A stretch of DNA of 6,264 bases, taken from a virus. Positions 5,458 to 6,264 of this stretch are shown here, piece by piece. The stretch covers positions 1-6,264 of IMG/VR virus record IMGVR_UViG_3300020030_000101; one strand, written 5' to 3'. Below the pieces are notes generated by a model. The model had not been told where the DNA came from, made no database searches, and saw only the letters and a list, made by a program, of their open reading frames with translations. Positions within the stretch are counted from its first letter, which is position 1, and each line of letters begins with the position of its first letter. Position numbers and translations under genes: made by a program.

Positions 5458-5766
5458 ATGAATCCTGAATTAATGAAATTTGTTGAGTGGCTTCTTCGCC
5501 AAAACATTCATTTTACTGTTACTTCTGCTCTTCGTACTGTAGCGCAGAATAGTGCGTGTAATGGTTCTCCTAATTCTCAGCATTTGACCGGAGATGCCAT
5601 TGACCTGGCACCTGTCGATTTTCCGATTGGTGTTTTCTACTCGATGGTTGAAGATTCTCCCTTTGGATTTGACCAGCTTATAAGATATCGTACATTTATT
5701 CACGTTTCCTTTGCTCGTGGTCGTAAGCCTCGTCAAATGAAACTTGATTTTACTGATAGAAAATGA
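5458..5766 (+). CDS. Zinc D,D- or L,D-peptidase of the M15 family (VanY / Peptidase_M15_3-like), putative endolysin, 102 aa
   Basis: TSALRTVAQNSACNGSPNSQHLTGDAIDL contains the S-x-H-x-x-G-x-A-x-D signature, with His at 5581..5583 and Asp at 5602..5604. A distal YRTFIHVSF supplies the third ligand, His at 5701..5703. No N-terminal signal peptide is apparent. The stop TGA overlaps the VP4 ATG (ATGA at 5763..5766). Confidence 0.75.
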   Translation: MNPELMKFVEWLLRQNIHFTVTSALRTVAQNSACNGSPNSQHLTGDAIDLAPVDFPIGVFYSMVEDSPFGFDQLIRYRTFIHVSFARGRKPRQMKLDFTDRK

Positions 5767-6264
5767 TTACCAAGGAATTGCAGAATAAGTTAGTGACTCG
5801 TTGTCAGCATCCTCGTACGGTTGTTAACAAGTATACACATGAGCCTGTTCTCGTGTCTTGTGGTTCTTGCCCTTCTTGTATTCTCCGTCGTTCCGGTATT
5901 CAGACTAACCTGCTTACTGCTTATTCTGCTCAGTTTCGCTATGTTTATTTTGTTACTCTTACTTATGCTCCTTGTTTCCTTCCTACTTTGGAGGTTTCGG
6001 TTGTTGAAACTTGTACGGACGATATTGCGGACGTGTCTTGCGTTCCCGATATTAATGACCTGGACGCTAGTGACCCTAACACTTATTTGTTTGGTTTTCG
6101 TAGCGTTCCTCGTTCTGCCTCTGTTAAGTTGAAAAATTCTACCGTTGAACGCACTTTTAAGGACCCCGAAGTTCGGTTTTCTTATCCTATGAAACCTAGT
6201 GAGCTTTTGTCTATTCTTGGAAAGATTAAGCATAATGTTCCCAATAGGATTCCTTATGTTTGTA
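5763..6264 (+). CDS. VP4: Replication initiation protein VP4 (HUH rolling-circle endonuclease), N-terminal part. It runs off the window end and continues at position 1.
   Basis: This ORF is absent from the ORF track because it has no stop in the window. ATG at 5763 follows an in-frame TAG at 5757. My translation is MITKELQNKLVTRCQHPRTVVNKYTHEPVLVSCGSCPSCILRRSGIQTNLLTAYSAQFRYVYFVTLTYAPCF... It has a Cys/His cluster (C14, H16, C33, C36, C39) and Rep motif 1, FVTLTY, at 5949..5966. The frame stays open through 6143 into 6144, which equals position 1. Confidence 0.85.
   Translation, partial: MITKELQNKLVTRCQHPRTVVNKYTHEPVLVSCGSCPSCILRRSGIQTNLLTAYSAQFRYVYFVTLTYAPCFLPTLEVSVVETCTDDIADVSCVPDINDLDASDPNTYLFGFRSVPRSASVKLKNSTVERTFKDPEVRFSYPMKPSELLSILGKIKHNVPNRIPYVC
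6144..6264. repeat. Terminal redundancy (right copy), duplicate of 1..121
   Basis: Same 121-nt string as 1..121. The offset of 6143 gives the genome length. Confidence 0.9.

Larger units (their letters stand above)
1..6143 (+). other. One complete unit of a circular ssDNA Microviridae genome (Alpavirinae-like), 6143 nt
   Basis: The 121-nt exact terminal redundancy implies circularity. The gene set VP4/VP1/scaffold-like/VP2 lies on one strand. The coding strand is T-rich and the size fits a large microvirus. Confidence 0.85.

Noticed and set aside
773-6132. Plus-strand off-frame ORFs with Leu/Phe/Val/Ile-rich products (773..1060, 1347..1631, 2559..2837, 2868..3059, 3432..3635, 3974..4207, 4565..4750, 5821..6132)
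   Set aside because: They lie in the 2-3-1 frame of the real genes. The T-rich third codon position becomes the middle base, which removes stop codons and forces hydrophobic residues. They look like membrane proteins but are compositional artefacts.
961-6233. All minus-strand ORFs in the track (961..1278, 1286..1636, 2240..2533, 2669..2860, 2876..3265, 3530..3727, 3724..3933, 4198..4449, 5470..5736, 5790..6233)
   Set aside because: Each lies fully antisense to a well-supported + strand gene. Their products are Arg/Lys/Asn/Ile/Thr-rich (for example 5790..6233), as expected when NNT codons are read in reverse as ANN. Microviridae encode all genes on the packaged strand. None resembles a protein family I recognise.
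1-6264. tRNA, rRNA, CRISPR arrays, IS elements, toxin-antitoxin or defence genes
   Set aside because: I found no cloverleaf-compatible segment, no regularly spaced repeat array, and no transposase-, integrase- or nuclease-like ORFs beyond the HUH Rep. The gene content is fully explained by a microvirus genome.

Overview
This window is one complete circular ssDNA Microviridae genome, most like the Alpavirinae (Bacteroidetes-associated microviruses), written out linearly. Bases 1..121 are identical to 6144..6264, so the true unit is 6143 nt. The replication-initiator gene VP4 is split across the window ends: 5763..6143 joins to 1..1338, giving about 572 aa. All credible genes lie on the + strand, which is visibly T-rich with strong NNT codon usage. 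The order is VP4 (HUH rolling-circle Rep), VP1 (major capsid, 617 aa), an acidic 160-aa scaffold-like protein, and VP2 (Gln-rich pilot or minor capsid protein, 353 aa). Next comes a noncoding block of about 430 nt that is more GC-rich and packed with hairpins, ending in a Bacteroidetes-type promoter (TTTG-N21-TAccTTTG). After that come three small genes: a 57-aa ORF below the ORF-track cutoff, a 29-aa single-transmembrane peptide, and a 102-aa zinc peptidase of the M15 type (SxHxxGxAxD ... H). The peptidase stop overlaps the VP4 start in ATGA. The most interesting points are: (1) a possible membrane-peptide plus M15 peptidoglycan-hydrolase lysis cassette, unlike the single-gene amurin lysis of phiX174; (2) two sub-threshold genes hidden under an artefactual 85-aa shadow ORF; (3) the hairpin-rich noncoding block, a candidate complementary-strand origin, terminator or integration site; (4) promoter and translation-start signals pointing to a Bacteroidetes host. 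The minus-strand ORFs and the Leu/Phe-rich off-frame ORFs look like by-products of the codon bias. I saw no tRNA, rRNA, CRISPR array, transposase or integrase.
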